From NCBI GenBank assembly GCA_030640565.1, contig DAOWJD010000014.1:1-17498 (forward strand): a stretch of DNA of 17,498 nucleotides, read 5' to 3'. Positions 8,379 through 14,954 of the stretch are shown piece after piece. Both the position numbers and the translations under genes were made by a program. The notes below the pieces were generated by a model, which was given only the letters and a program-made list of their open reading frames with translations, had not been told where the DNA came from and ran no database searches. Each line of letters starts with the position of its first letter. Within the stretch, counting starts at the first letter, position 1. The DNA comes from Nanobdellota archaeon. GTDB taxonomy: Archaea; Nanobdellota; Nanobdellia; Pacearchaeales; GW2011-AR1.

Positions 8379-10204
8379 CTAAATCCTATTTCAAGCCCCT
8401 TTGTTTCAAATAATAAATGATTGATTTGTAATTGCTCAATTGTTTCAGGCACTGAAAAGCTTTTTGTATCTATCTCAATAGTACTAAAACCGATTAATTC
8501 AGATTCTAAAATATAATATTTTTGTTTTCCTCCTCCTACAAGAGCTTGAGATATTATCTGTTCAGGAACCTCAATTTCAAAACATTTTTCTTCCTTTAAT
8601 CCAAAAGCTCCAAGAACTCCTGATTTTGGAATTTCCATACACTGCTCTGTTGTTGTTTCTCCAATACTAATAGAAGAATCCCTATAAATATAAACATGTA
8701 CTTCATATTGTCCTTCTGCTAACTCTACAATTCTCTGCTCAGGATAAAGAACAGTTTTAGTAAAATCATCTGAAACAAAATAAATTATTGCATTTTCATT
8801 ATAGTTTACTCCGTCGATTTTTAGCTGAATATTTTTATTGTAAAGTTGGTCCATAATAACTGTCAGACTTCCTGGAGAAACTGTTGAAAGTAAATATTTA
8901 GAATCCTTGAAACCTTCTGCTTTAGCTATAACATATCCATTAACACACTGTGGGAAGTTCTCTGAGAGTCTTCCTGCTTCAGTTTCTCCTATATTACATT
9001 TATTTCCAAAACATTCATAAGAAATCTGTGCTTCTCTTACAGGATTTCCTTGCTTGCTCACCACATTAATTTCAATTTCAGAATTTTTATACTGGCAAAG
9101 CTCTGGAACAACACTTTCAATTGCAGTTACATTCAAGGATTGTCTTGGATTATTATTTTGAATAACAACTGCCATAGGAAACTGAAAAATTTCATCTCCA
9201 GAATAAACCTGTACAAGAACAGGATATTTCATACTATAAACAAAATGATAAGGAACATAACAAAATCCCATAATTCCTAAACCAGGTTGGTTTCCTACAG
9301 GATTTGCTATTAAAAGATTTTCTTCAGAAGGCATAACTTCAAAACTATGTGGCCAGTTTCTTGAATTCAAAAATCTAACCTCTTCTTTTACAGAAACATC
9401 AAGAATAAAATAACCATCAGCATCTACTTTTGTATTAAGTGCTAAAGTATTTACTTCAATAGCCTCCTGCAATTCATCAAAAATCTCGTCTGCATTCTTG
9501 ATGAAAGGGGAACACGTAATCTCAACTCCATCAACAGGAGCATAAAGTCTTAATATATCAATTGCATATTCTTCTAAAAATAAATTCTCTTGCTCTTCTT
9601 CATATATCTTTTTCGCAGAATCATAAAGATCTCCTAGTTCTGATTTTACAGTAATCTTATGGTCTTTTATTAAAATACCTTCATTTCCTATAGATATATT
9701 TAGGTTTGCATTGAGTTTAACTCTGACTTCATTATCTTTAATTGTTGCTTTTGCTTCTGATTCTAACAGTGAAATTTCAAACCCTTGGTCATAATAAGAA
9801 TTAAAATTACAGTTATTTATTCTGCCTTCAATAAAGGATTCAAGCTGTTGCTCCATTTCTGTTTCTGTCGGAATCTGTTCTTTTTGAATATTATTTCCAG
9901 AAACATAATACCAATAAGGGATAGGGTTTCCAAGAAAATTCAATTGGGAAGAGAAAGGCATGTATTCAGAACCTGGCTCAAATTCTGGTAAAGAAATATA
10001 TCCTCCTTGACTTTGTAAAACATTTATACCTGTTAAAGTATCTTCCTCTAAACAAGTTAAGAAAGTTGTGTAAATTGGTTCAATATTCTCAGGAATATCT
10101 GTCTTAGTCAAAGTAGTTCTCAGAATAAAATAAGCACCAATTCCTGCAATAATAAGTATTGCAATTATAATGAAAATTGTTACCTGTCCACTCTTATTTT
10201 TCAT
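8375..10204 (-). CDS. 609-aa secreted or membrane-anchored protein with pilin-like (class III-like) N-terminus and a beta-sandwich-like domain; function unknown
   Basis: N-terminus MKNKSG-QVTIFIIIAILIIAGIGAYFIL is a short basic segment, then Gly, then Gln+1 and a hydrophobic helix. This is a near match to the archaeal prepilin-peptidase pattern, except that position -2 is Ser. The segment IEINVVSKQGNPVREAQISYE...GYVIAKAEGFKDSKYLL resembles CarboxypepD_reg/PEGA-like beta-sandwiches. Its stop overlaps the giant gene start and its start overlaps the 45-aa ORF. Confidence 0.85.
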   Translation of the reverse strand: MKNKSGQVTIFIIIAILIIAGIGAYFILRTTLTKTDIPENIEPIYTTFLTCLEEDTLTGINVLQSQGGYISLPEFEPGSEYMPFSSQLNFLGNPIPYWYYVSGNNIQKEQIPTETEMEQQLESFIEGRINNCNFNSYYDQGFEISLLESEAKATIKDNEVRVKLNANLNISIGNEGILIKDHKITVKSELGDLYDSAKKIYEEEQENLFLEEYAIDILRLYAPVDGVEITCSPFIKNADEIFDELQEAIEVNTLALNTKVDADGYFILDVSVKEEVRFLNSRNWPHSFEVMPSEENLLIANPVGNQPGLGIMGFCYVPYHFVYSMKYPVLVQVYSGDEIFQFPMAVVIQNNNPRQSLNVTAIESVVPELCQYKNSEIEINVVSKQGNPVREAQISYECFGNKCNIGETEAGRLSENFPQCVNGYVIAKAEGFKDSKYLLSTVSPGSLTVIMDQLYNKNIQLKIDGVNYNENAIIYFVSDDFTKTVLYPEQRIVELAEGQYEVHVYIYRDSSISIGETTTEQCMEIPKSGVLGAFGLKEEKCFEIEVPEQIISQALVGGGKQKYYILESELIGFSTIEIDTKSFSVPETIEQLQINHLLFETKGLEIGFR

Positions 10205-10331
10205 GTTTCTTCGCCTCTGCTATTTTTTTTCTTATAAGTTCTAGTATTTCAGTATTAATATCTTTTGTTATACTCTCTTTAAATTTCTCCCAAAGCTTTT
10301 CATCCTCTACAAGAAGCAAATATTTTTTCAT
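10194..10331 (-). CDS. small 45-aa ORF, ribbon-helix-helix (CopG/Arc-like) pattern; not in the supplied ORF track
   Basis: Hand translation of the minus strand gives MKKYLLLVEDEKLWEKFKESITKDINTEILELIRKKIAEAKKHEK, stop TAA at 10194-10196. It reads as a short beta strand (YLLLVE) plus two helices, as in RHH DNA-binding proteins. It is preceded by GAGGGGTG (10335-10342 on plus as CACCCCTC), complementary to an archaeal 16S 3' end. It overlaps the ATG (10202-10204) of the 609-aa gene by 11 nt. Confidence 0.45.
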   Translation of the reverse strand: MKKYLLLVEDEKLWEKFKESITKDINTEILELIRKKIAEAKKHEK

Positions 10332-10366
10332 AAACACCCCTCAACTCTAATCTAAAAAAATTCTAA

Positions 10367-10374
10367 TATATAAA
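10367..10374 (-). promoter_or_regulatory. TATA box candidate for the 45-aa / 609-aa / giant gene operon
   Basis: The minus strand reads AGAAACA-TTTATATA, a purine-rich BRE-like stretch followed by a TATA box. It lies about 39 nt upstream of the ATG at 10331, which leaves a short leader containing the SD-like GAGGGGTG. Confidence 0.45.
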
Positions 10375-10392
10375 TGTTTCTTAATAACTTAT

Positions 10393-10411
10393 TTACTAAG
10401 TTACTTAGTAA
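10393..10411. promoter_or_regulatory. perfect 9-1-9 palindrome TTACTAAGT-T-ACTTAGTAA, candidate operator
   Basis: Read directly: 10393-10401 is the exact reverse complement of 10403-10411. It sits about 20 nt upstream of the TATA candidate and about 50 nt downstream of the 65-aa gene stop. Confidence 0.4.
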
Positions 10412-10462
10412 GTAAAACAAGGCACGTGTGGATTATGTGAATTTATTGACATTAAACTAATA

Positions 10463-10660
10463 TTAAGAATACATTCTTCCTTTTTTGAAATAACTAAACC
10501 CTCCAATTATAAGAAGAACTCCTCCAATAAAAATTATCCATGATTCAATTAAAGTAAATGATTCAGGGATTTTTACAAATCCAAGAGGATAATTTAGAAA
10601 ATATAAGGCAAAGATAATATACAAAAACATAAACAAAACCCTGAATCTCTTTCTTCTCAT
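10463..10660 (-). CDS. 65-aa small membrane protein, two predicted TM helices
   Basis: MRRKRFRVLFMFLYIIFALYFLNYPLGF...WIIFIGGVLLIIGGFSYFKKGR has a basic N-terminus, two hydrophobic helices and a basic C-terminus. It has its own TATA-like box upstream. Confidence 0.55.
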   Translation of the reverse strand: MRRKRFRVLFMFLYIIFALYFLNYPLGFVKIPESFTLIESWIIFIGGVLLIIGGFSYFKKGRMYS

Positions 10661-10677
10661 AAAAAGATAATAGGGGC

Positions 10678-10690
10678 TATATATATAAAC
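10678..10690 (-). promoter_or_regulatory. TATA box candidate for the 65-aa gene
   Basis: The minus strand reads GTTTATATATATA, centred about 24 nt upstream of the ATG at 10660. This is compatible with a leaderless or very short-leader transcript. Confidence 0.35.
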
Positions 10691-10712
10691 TTTATTGGAA
10701 AATGCTTAGTTT

Positions 10713-11285
10713 TTATTTTTTACTTCCAATTGGAAAACGATAACCACATGTTAAAGCAATCATACCTTTTACATTTTCACTTCCTGGCCACACTATATAA
10801 CTGATTCCTCCATGAAGTTTATTAATTTTTACACCAGCACCAAACTTTAATCCAAGTGTTGTATTTGATACCTTCTCACGAATGCCAAATTGGGGAAGAT
10901 TTATTTCTGAATTTTCGATTAATACATTTGCACCAGCCATCAAATAAGGTTTTACTTTTGCTGTTTGTTTTGATAAATCAAACCTTACCTTAGCACTTAA
11001 CAAAGTACTCCTTGTTTTTATGCCTTTTTCTTTTGCTGATGACTTAAAAAAATCTAAACCAACTCCACCCCCAATTACTTTTCCACTAAGACTATAATCT
11101 ACACCAACCATGGTAGAAGGTTTATAAGCTTGTTTTTTTGCAGATATAGGGACTATTGTTCCGACCCTTAGTCCAATATAGTGCTCTAAAGATTGGGCAT
11201 TAAGTTCCAAAGGTATAAACAACATTAGACTCATTAAAGCTGTCCTCTTCGCTTTCCTTACTATTAATTCTAATCTTTGTTTCAT
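10713..11285 (-). CDS. 190-aa secreted protein with the pattern of an 8-stranded outer-membrane beta-barrel (OmpX/OmpW/OMP_b-brl-like)
   Basis: Signal-peptide-like N-terminus RKAKRTALMSLMLFIPLELNA-QS (AxA-type site). It is followed by eight amphipathic alternating segments: YIGLRVGTIV, TMVGVDYSLS, VIGGGVGLDFF, LLSAKVRFDL, KPYLMAGANVLI, TLGLKFGAGVKI, HGGISYIVW, MIALTCGYRF. Polar loops separate them. The last strand ends in an aromatic Phe near the C-terminus, followed by PIGSKK. Confidence 0.6.
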   Translation of the reverse strand: MKQRLELIVRKAKRTALMSLMLFIPLELNAQSLEHYIGLRVGTIVPISAKKQAYKPSTMVGVDYSLSGKVIGGGVGLDFFKSSAKEKGIKTRSTLLSAKVRFDLSKQTAKVKPYLMAGANVLIENSEINLPQFGIREKVSNTTLGLKFGAGVKINKLHGGISYIVWPGSENVKGMIALTCGYRFPIGSKK

Positions 11286-11324
11286 TTTATTTGAATTTTA
11301 TTTATTGCCATGCATAATTCATAA

Positions 11325-13796
11325 CTAAACATAATAACATGCTCCATAATTACATATTTCTATCTTACATCTTCCTGAGATGCATCCATGTTCACAATCT
11401 TCTATTTTCTTTTTTGAAGTAGATGATATACAATCTGAATCAGAACAATCTCTTGTTATATAGTCTCTATAAACATTATCATTATGACAGTAATTATCTC
11501 CAGTATATCCACTTACTCCACATTCTTGAACTTTTTCCTCTTCTATATATTCATTATCAAAACAAACCCCTATAGAACACCCTTTATTATGACAGATTTT
11601 ATCATGATAAACATCTCCATCTTCACAATAATCATCTTGCCAATCCTCACAATAATCAGAACCACAATCTTCTTTTAATTCAAGAGCAGTTGAATTTGAG
11701 CAATATGAATCACCTGTTCCAGCATTATTGCATGTATAAGTTATATAATTTTGCCAGACATTATCTTCCTGACATGATGAATCTCCCACATAATCATTAA
11801 CACCACATTCAGAATCATTATAACATTCTACATATACACACTCCCCGTCTAAACAGCCTTCAGCTCCGCATTCTTGAACTTTTTGCGTTGTTGTATTTTC
11901 AAAACAAGCTCCATCTGAACAACCCCTATCTGTAAAATTCTGATAAACATCATTATCATAACAATAATTATCACTATGGGAATCTTCTCTGCAATCCTCT
12001 TTCATAATTATATTGCTTTCATCGCTACAAAAAGATTGTTCTGTTCCAGGATTATTACAAGTATATTCTCTATACCACTGGTAAACATCATTATTAGAAC
12101 ACCAAGGACTCCCACTGAGATCATTTACTCCACAATCTATATTAGAAGAACAAATTATATTTGGATTTGATTTACAATTCCCATTTATGCATCCATACTG
12201 GCATGTTTCAACAAATCTTTCATTTTCATATGAATTTGAATAACAATGAACACCAAATGACGTTGTGGTTGTGCATCCTTTGTTATAACAAAGTTGGGTT
12301 TCATATGCGTCGTCCCCGTGGCAAGTATCTCTATACCAATCAGAACAACCATCATTTCCACACTCCTGTTTTTTTTCTTCTCTATTATCACATGCATCAT
12401 ACCAATAAATATCATTATAAGCACACTTTGTATATGAATGACTTGTACAAGTTATACAGGTTCCAGAACCATCACATTCATTATTTGTTCCGCAAGAAGT
12501 GTGTTTAGGTTTATTTGTATAATCAATACAAGCCATAGCAAAACTACAACTACCTGCTCCATTACAATATTTACCTACATCATGATAATTCCTACAAGTT
12601 GTATCTAAATAATCACAGTCTTTAGTTCCACAAACTGTTGAAGTTCCATAATAATTACAAGTGGAATCTCCTGCAGTACAATATTCACAAATTCCACAAG
12701 TATCATAATTAAAAGTACCCCAAGTATAACTAGCACTTAAACCAGTGCAATAATAATCTCTCTTAATAACAGAACTTGTTCCTGTTGGAGAATTTATTCC
12801 AGAGCAATAATAAGAATCAATATAACCTGTTGGTTGACTTAGATAAGGTTTAAATTCATATGGCCTGCTCGACAAATCACAACAAACTCCTGAAAGACAA
12901 TCGCACTCTCCATTTACATAACCATAAACACTATAACTAGAAGTAGACATCTCCCCAACTTTATTGCCAAAATCATAAATTTTAACATAAAATTCTCCAC
13001 TTGCTCCAGGGTCAGGAATAATCGCATCACTTAAATCAACACTCAAGAAATCTCCTTCAAAATAAAAAGATTCGCAATCATAGCTTTTACTTGAACCACA
13101 ATCCCAATCCACAAGATCATCAGGAAAAATCCCGTCATATTCCATCAAATCTATACACCAGGTAACATAAGCATAGCCATTCCTTGCACAATCATATAAA
13201 TCTCCATAATCTGGATAAAATCTTGCTCTTCCTTTAACAATAATATCTATTTCCTCATTCTCACAAACATTTGAAGGCAAAGAAGGGTCAAATTTAATAT
13301 AGTACGTAGATGAACTTGTAGATAAAACATATTCTTTTCCATCCCTCATAATATAACTTGTACCATTTCTATTAAGAATTTCACTAGATAAATTCATAAA
13401 ATCATCTATTTCAGTCTCATTAACCCCTTCTGTATAATTAGTTTCATTTTGATTGTCCACAATTTCATTTAAGACAGGAACATCAACAACATTTCCAGTT
13501 ATTACAGGAGCAGAAGAAGCACTGCCTCCACTTCCTCCTCCAGAAGATTTCTTAGAAGAGGATTTTTTATCAATCTCATCAAAAGTAAACTTAATTTCAT
13601 TACCTAAAGAATTTACATCTTGAGAAGTATCTTGTTCAGTATCAAGTAAAATAAGTTCTGTCCCTATATTGTTTTCATTATCTGATTTCCTAATTTCATT
13701 TGTAATTATAACTCCTGAAGAAACCACTAAGACCGAGATTACTAAAAAGATTAATGTAACACTTGCTTTTTTAGAAGTTAAAAAAAAACTTCCCAT
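11325..13796 (-). CDS. 823-aa secreted or anchored, extremely cysteine-rich repeat protein (adhesin-like); function unknown
   Basis: N-terminal anchor or signal SKKASVTLIFLVISVLVVSSGVII, then a Ser/Gly linker KKSSSKKSSGGGSGGSASSAP, a Cys-poor domain of about 200 aa, then aa 298-823 with 63 Cys by my hand count (about 12 percent). Confidence 0.85.
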   Translation of the reverse strand: MGSFFLTSKKASVTLIFLVISVLVVSSGVIITNEIRKSDNENNIGTELILLDTEQDTSQDVNSLGNEIKFTFDEIDKKSSSKKSSGGGSGGSASSAPVITGNVVDVPVLNEIVDNQNETNYTEGVNETEIDDFMNLSSEILNRNGTSYIMRDGKEYVLSTSSSTYYIKFDPSLPSNVCENEEIDIIVKGRARFYPDYGDLYDCARNGYAYVTWCIDLMEYDGIFPDDLVDWDCGSSKSYDCESFYFEGDFLSVDLSDAIIPDPGASGEFYVKIYDFGNKVGEMSTSSYSVYGYVNGECDCLSGVCCDLSSRPYEFKPYLSQPTGYIDSYYCSGINSPTGTSSVIKRDYYCTGLSASYTWGTFNYDTCGICEYCTAGDSTCNYYGTSTVCGTKDCDYLDTTCRNYHDVGKYCNGAGSCSFAMACIDYTNKPKHTSCGTNNECDGSGTCITCTSHSYTKCAYNDIYWYDACDNREEKKQECGNDGCSDWYRDTCHGDDAYETQLCYNKGCTTTTSFGVHCYSNSYENERFVETCQYGCINGNCKSNPNIICSSNIDCGVNDLSGSPWCSNNDVYQWYREYTCNNPGTEQSFCSDESNIIMKEDCREDSHSDNYCYDNDVYQNFTDRGCSDGACFENTTTQKVQECGAEGCLDGECVYVECYNDSECGVNDYVGDSSCQEDNVWQNYITYTCNNAGTGDSYCSNSTALELKEDCGSDYCEDWQDDYCEDGDVYHDKICHNKGCSIGVCFDNEYIEEEKVQECGVSGYTGDNYCHNDNVYRDYITRDCSDSDCISSTSKKKIEDCEHGCISGRCKIEICNYGACYYV
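11367..12425 (-). repeat. divergent tandem Cys-rich modules within the 823-aa protein (protein-level repeats)
   Basis: Recurrent unit C-x2-[ND]-[DN]-[VI]-[YW] ... C ... [KQ]-[EV]-[EQ]-[ED]-C-G ... G-C-x-[DNS]-G-x-C. Examples are CGVNDLSGSPWCSNNDVYQWYREYTCNNPGTEQSFCSDESNIIMKEDC and CGVNDYVGDSSCQEDNVWQNYITYTCNNAGTGDSYCSNSTALELKEDC, plus repeated KVQECG..GC..G.C closures. DNA identity between units is low, for example atcattaacaccacattc versus atcatttactccacaatc. Confidence 0.7.
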
Positions 13797-13820
13797 AAAA
13801 TAAGGACTTCTTTATACCTT

Positions 13821-13836
13821 AAATATATTTATATAC
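13821..13836 (-). promoter_or_regulatory. TATA-rich promoter candidate for the 823-aa gene
   Basis: The minus strand reads GGTATATAAATATATTT about 25-40 nt upstream of the ATG at 13796. It is divergent from the tRNA-Val promoter. Confidence 0.35.
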
Positions 13837-13852
13837 CAGATCATCAAAAAGA

Positions 13853-13860
13853 TTTATATA
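13853..13860 (+). promoter_or_regulatory. TATA box candidate for tRNA-Val
   Basis: TTTATATA lies about 31-38 nt upstream of the tRNA 5' end at 13891. Confidence 0.35.
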
Positions 13861-13890
13861 AAAATCTAACCTTATCTCCTAAAGCAATAA

Positions 13891-13962
13891 GGCCTCGTAG
13901 TCCAGTGGTTAAGACGCATCGCTGACTTCGATGTAACCCCAGTTCGATTCTGGGCGGGGCCA
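13891..13962 (+). tRNA. tRNA-Val (anticodon GAC), no intron, no encoded CCA
   Basis: Hand fold: acceptor GGCCTCG pairs with CGGGGCC (one G-U pair), discriminator A. D arm is GTC/GAC with an AGTGGTTA loop. Anticodon arm is CATCG-CTGACTT-CGATG. Variable region is TAAC. T arm is CCCAG-TTCGATT-CTGGG. Confidence 0.85.
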
Positions 13963-13994
13963 TTTGTTATTTGAAGGTGAATCTTATTAACAAG

Positions 13995-14003
13995 TTTTAA
14001 AAA
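13995..14003 (+). promoter_or_regulatory. TATA-like box TTTTAAAAA for the rpl44e operon
   Basis: Centred 26 nt upstream of the ATG at 14025, implying a leaderless or near-leaderless mRNA. The same 9-mer at the same spacing precedes tRNA-Thr (16444-16452). Confidence 0.45.
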
Positions 14004-14024
14004 CCTGGTTTTTCTTTTTTCAAC

Positions 14025-14336
14025 ATGAAAATTCCGAAGACAACAAACAGATTTTGTCCTTATTGCAACAAAAAAACAAAGCAAAAAATAAAGATAGTAG
14101 GAACAGGATTCCAAAGAGGGACTTTAACAAGAGGTTCTAAATCAAGAGCTAAATTAAGGGGATTGGGGAGGGGAATTGGAAATAAAGGTATTTGGGGTTC
14201 AAAACCAGCCCAATCAAAACACAAAAGAAAATCTAAAACAACTAAAAAAACAAATTTCCTTTATGTCTGTGATGTTTGTGGGAAAGCAAAATACCAGAAA
14301 AAAGGAAAAAGAGCAGGGAAAGTAATCCAAGAATAA
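14025..14336 (+). CDS. rpl44e: 50S ribosomal protein L44e (eL42)
   Basis: MKIPKTTNRFCPYCNKKTKQK...FLYVCDVCGKAKYQKKGKRAGK is a very basic protein with a CxxC...CxxC zinc ribbon and the characteristic KxPK..R.YCp.C..H start of archaeal L44e. Confidence 0.9.
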   Translation: MKIPKTTNRFCPYCNKKTKQKIKIVGTGFQRGTLTRGSKSRAKLRGLGRGIGNKGIWGSKPAQSKHKRKSKTTKKTNFLYVCDVCGKAKYQKKGKRAGKVIQE

Positions 14337-14337
14337 A

Positions 14338-14448
14338 ATGGCAGATAAGGATGATTTTCTCGGAACAGGAAAAACATCTGGAGAAAAGATAGGAAACTTT
14401 ATCCCAAAATTAAGAAGACTTAAAAATAAAGGAATTTGGGAAAGATGA
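14338..14448 (+). CDS. possible 36-aa small ORF (MADKDDFLGTGKTSGEKIGNFIPKLRRLKNKGIWER), unknown
   Basis: Its ATG lies 1 nt after the rpl44e stop. Its TGA overlaps the ATGATG start of the next gene, so it exactly fills the gap. I recognise no motif, and it has no CxxC so it is not S27e. Confidence 0.25.
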   Translation: MADKDDFLGTGKTSGEKIGNFIPKLRRLKNKGIWER

Positions 14449-14954
14449 TGGAAAAGAATATTATATTTATGGATGGGGAATTTGCAAAACTAAAACCAGA
14501 TGGAATTGATTTATTATCCCTAGCCTTAATTAAACCAAATGGAGAAGAACTTTACTTGGAAATAGAATTTGATGGAGAAATAAGTCCTTGGGTAAAAGAA
14601 AATGTATTGCCTAACCTTAAACAAGAGAAAGTATCAAAAGAAAAAGCAACTGAATTAATTAAAGATTTTGTTGGAAATGAAAAACCATATTTAATTGCTT
14701 ATGTAAATCAATTTGATTGGATGGGAATTTGCAAATTATTTAATGTAAAAAATACAGAAGATATCTCAAAATTGCCTTTTTTCTGGGCACCTATAGACTT
14801 TGCAAGTATTTTATTTGAAAAAGGAGTTAAACCAACGATAAATCCAATAGAGCTTGCAAAAAAATATCATATTGAAGTCTCAACAATAAAAAAACATCAT
14901 GCGTTAGATGATGCAAGGCTTTTAAAGAAAATATATGATAAAGTTATAAAATGA
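14445..14954 (+). CDS. DEDDh-family 3'-5' exonuclease (DnaQ/RNase T-like fold)
   Basis: Exo I is FMDGEF (DxE), Exo II is YVNQFDWMGI, Exo III is HHALDDARLL (H-x4-D). The tracked start at 14436 is TTG. The ATG at 14445 (MMEKNIIF) is more likely. Confidence 0.75.
   Translation: MMEKNIIFMDGEFAKLKPDGIDLLSLALIKPNGEELYLEIEFDGEISPWVKENVLPNLKQEKVSKEKATELIKDFVGNEKPYLIAYVNQFDWMGICKLFNVKNTEDISKLPFFWAPIDFASILFEKGVKPTINPIELAKKYHIEVSTIKKHHALDDARLLKKIYDKVIK

Noticed and set aside
9050-12508. Short ORFs 9050-9280, 9785-9991, 11484-11678, 11976-12170, 12161-12508 (plus) and 12185-12424 (minus)
   Set aside because: They are antisense or alternate-frame shadows of the 609-aa and 823-aa genes, with Ile/Phe/His-rich nonsense composition.
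499-13962. The secreted-protein cluster as a tRNA-bounded integrated island (tRNA-Leu on the left, tRNA-Val on the right)
   Set aside because: There is no integrase, recombinase or transposase ORF. I found no direct repeat of either tRNA 3' end at the opposite boundary. Composition and promoter style look the same as the flanks. It remains possible but the window does not support it.
13872-14114. Minus-strand 80-aa ORF
   Set aside because: It runs through tRNA-Val, its promoter and the 5' end of rpl44e. The tRNA fold and the L44e identity are far stronger explanations.
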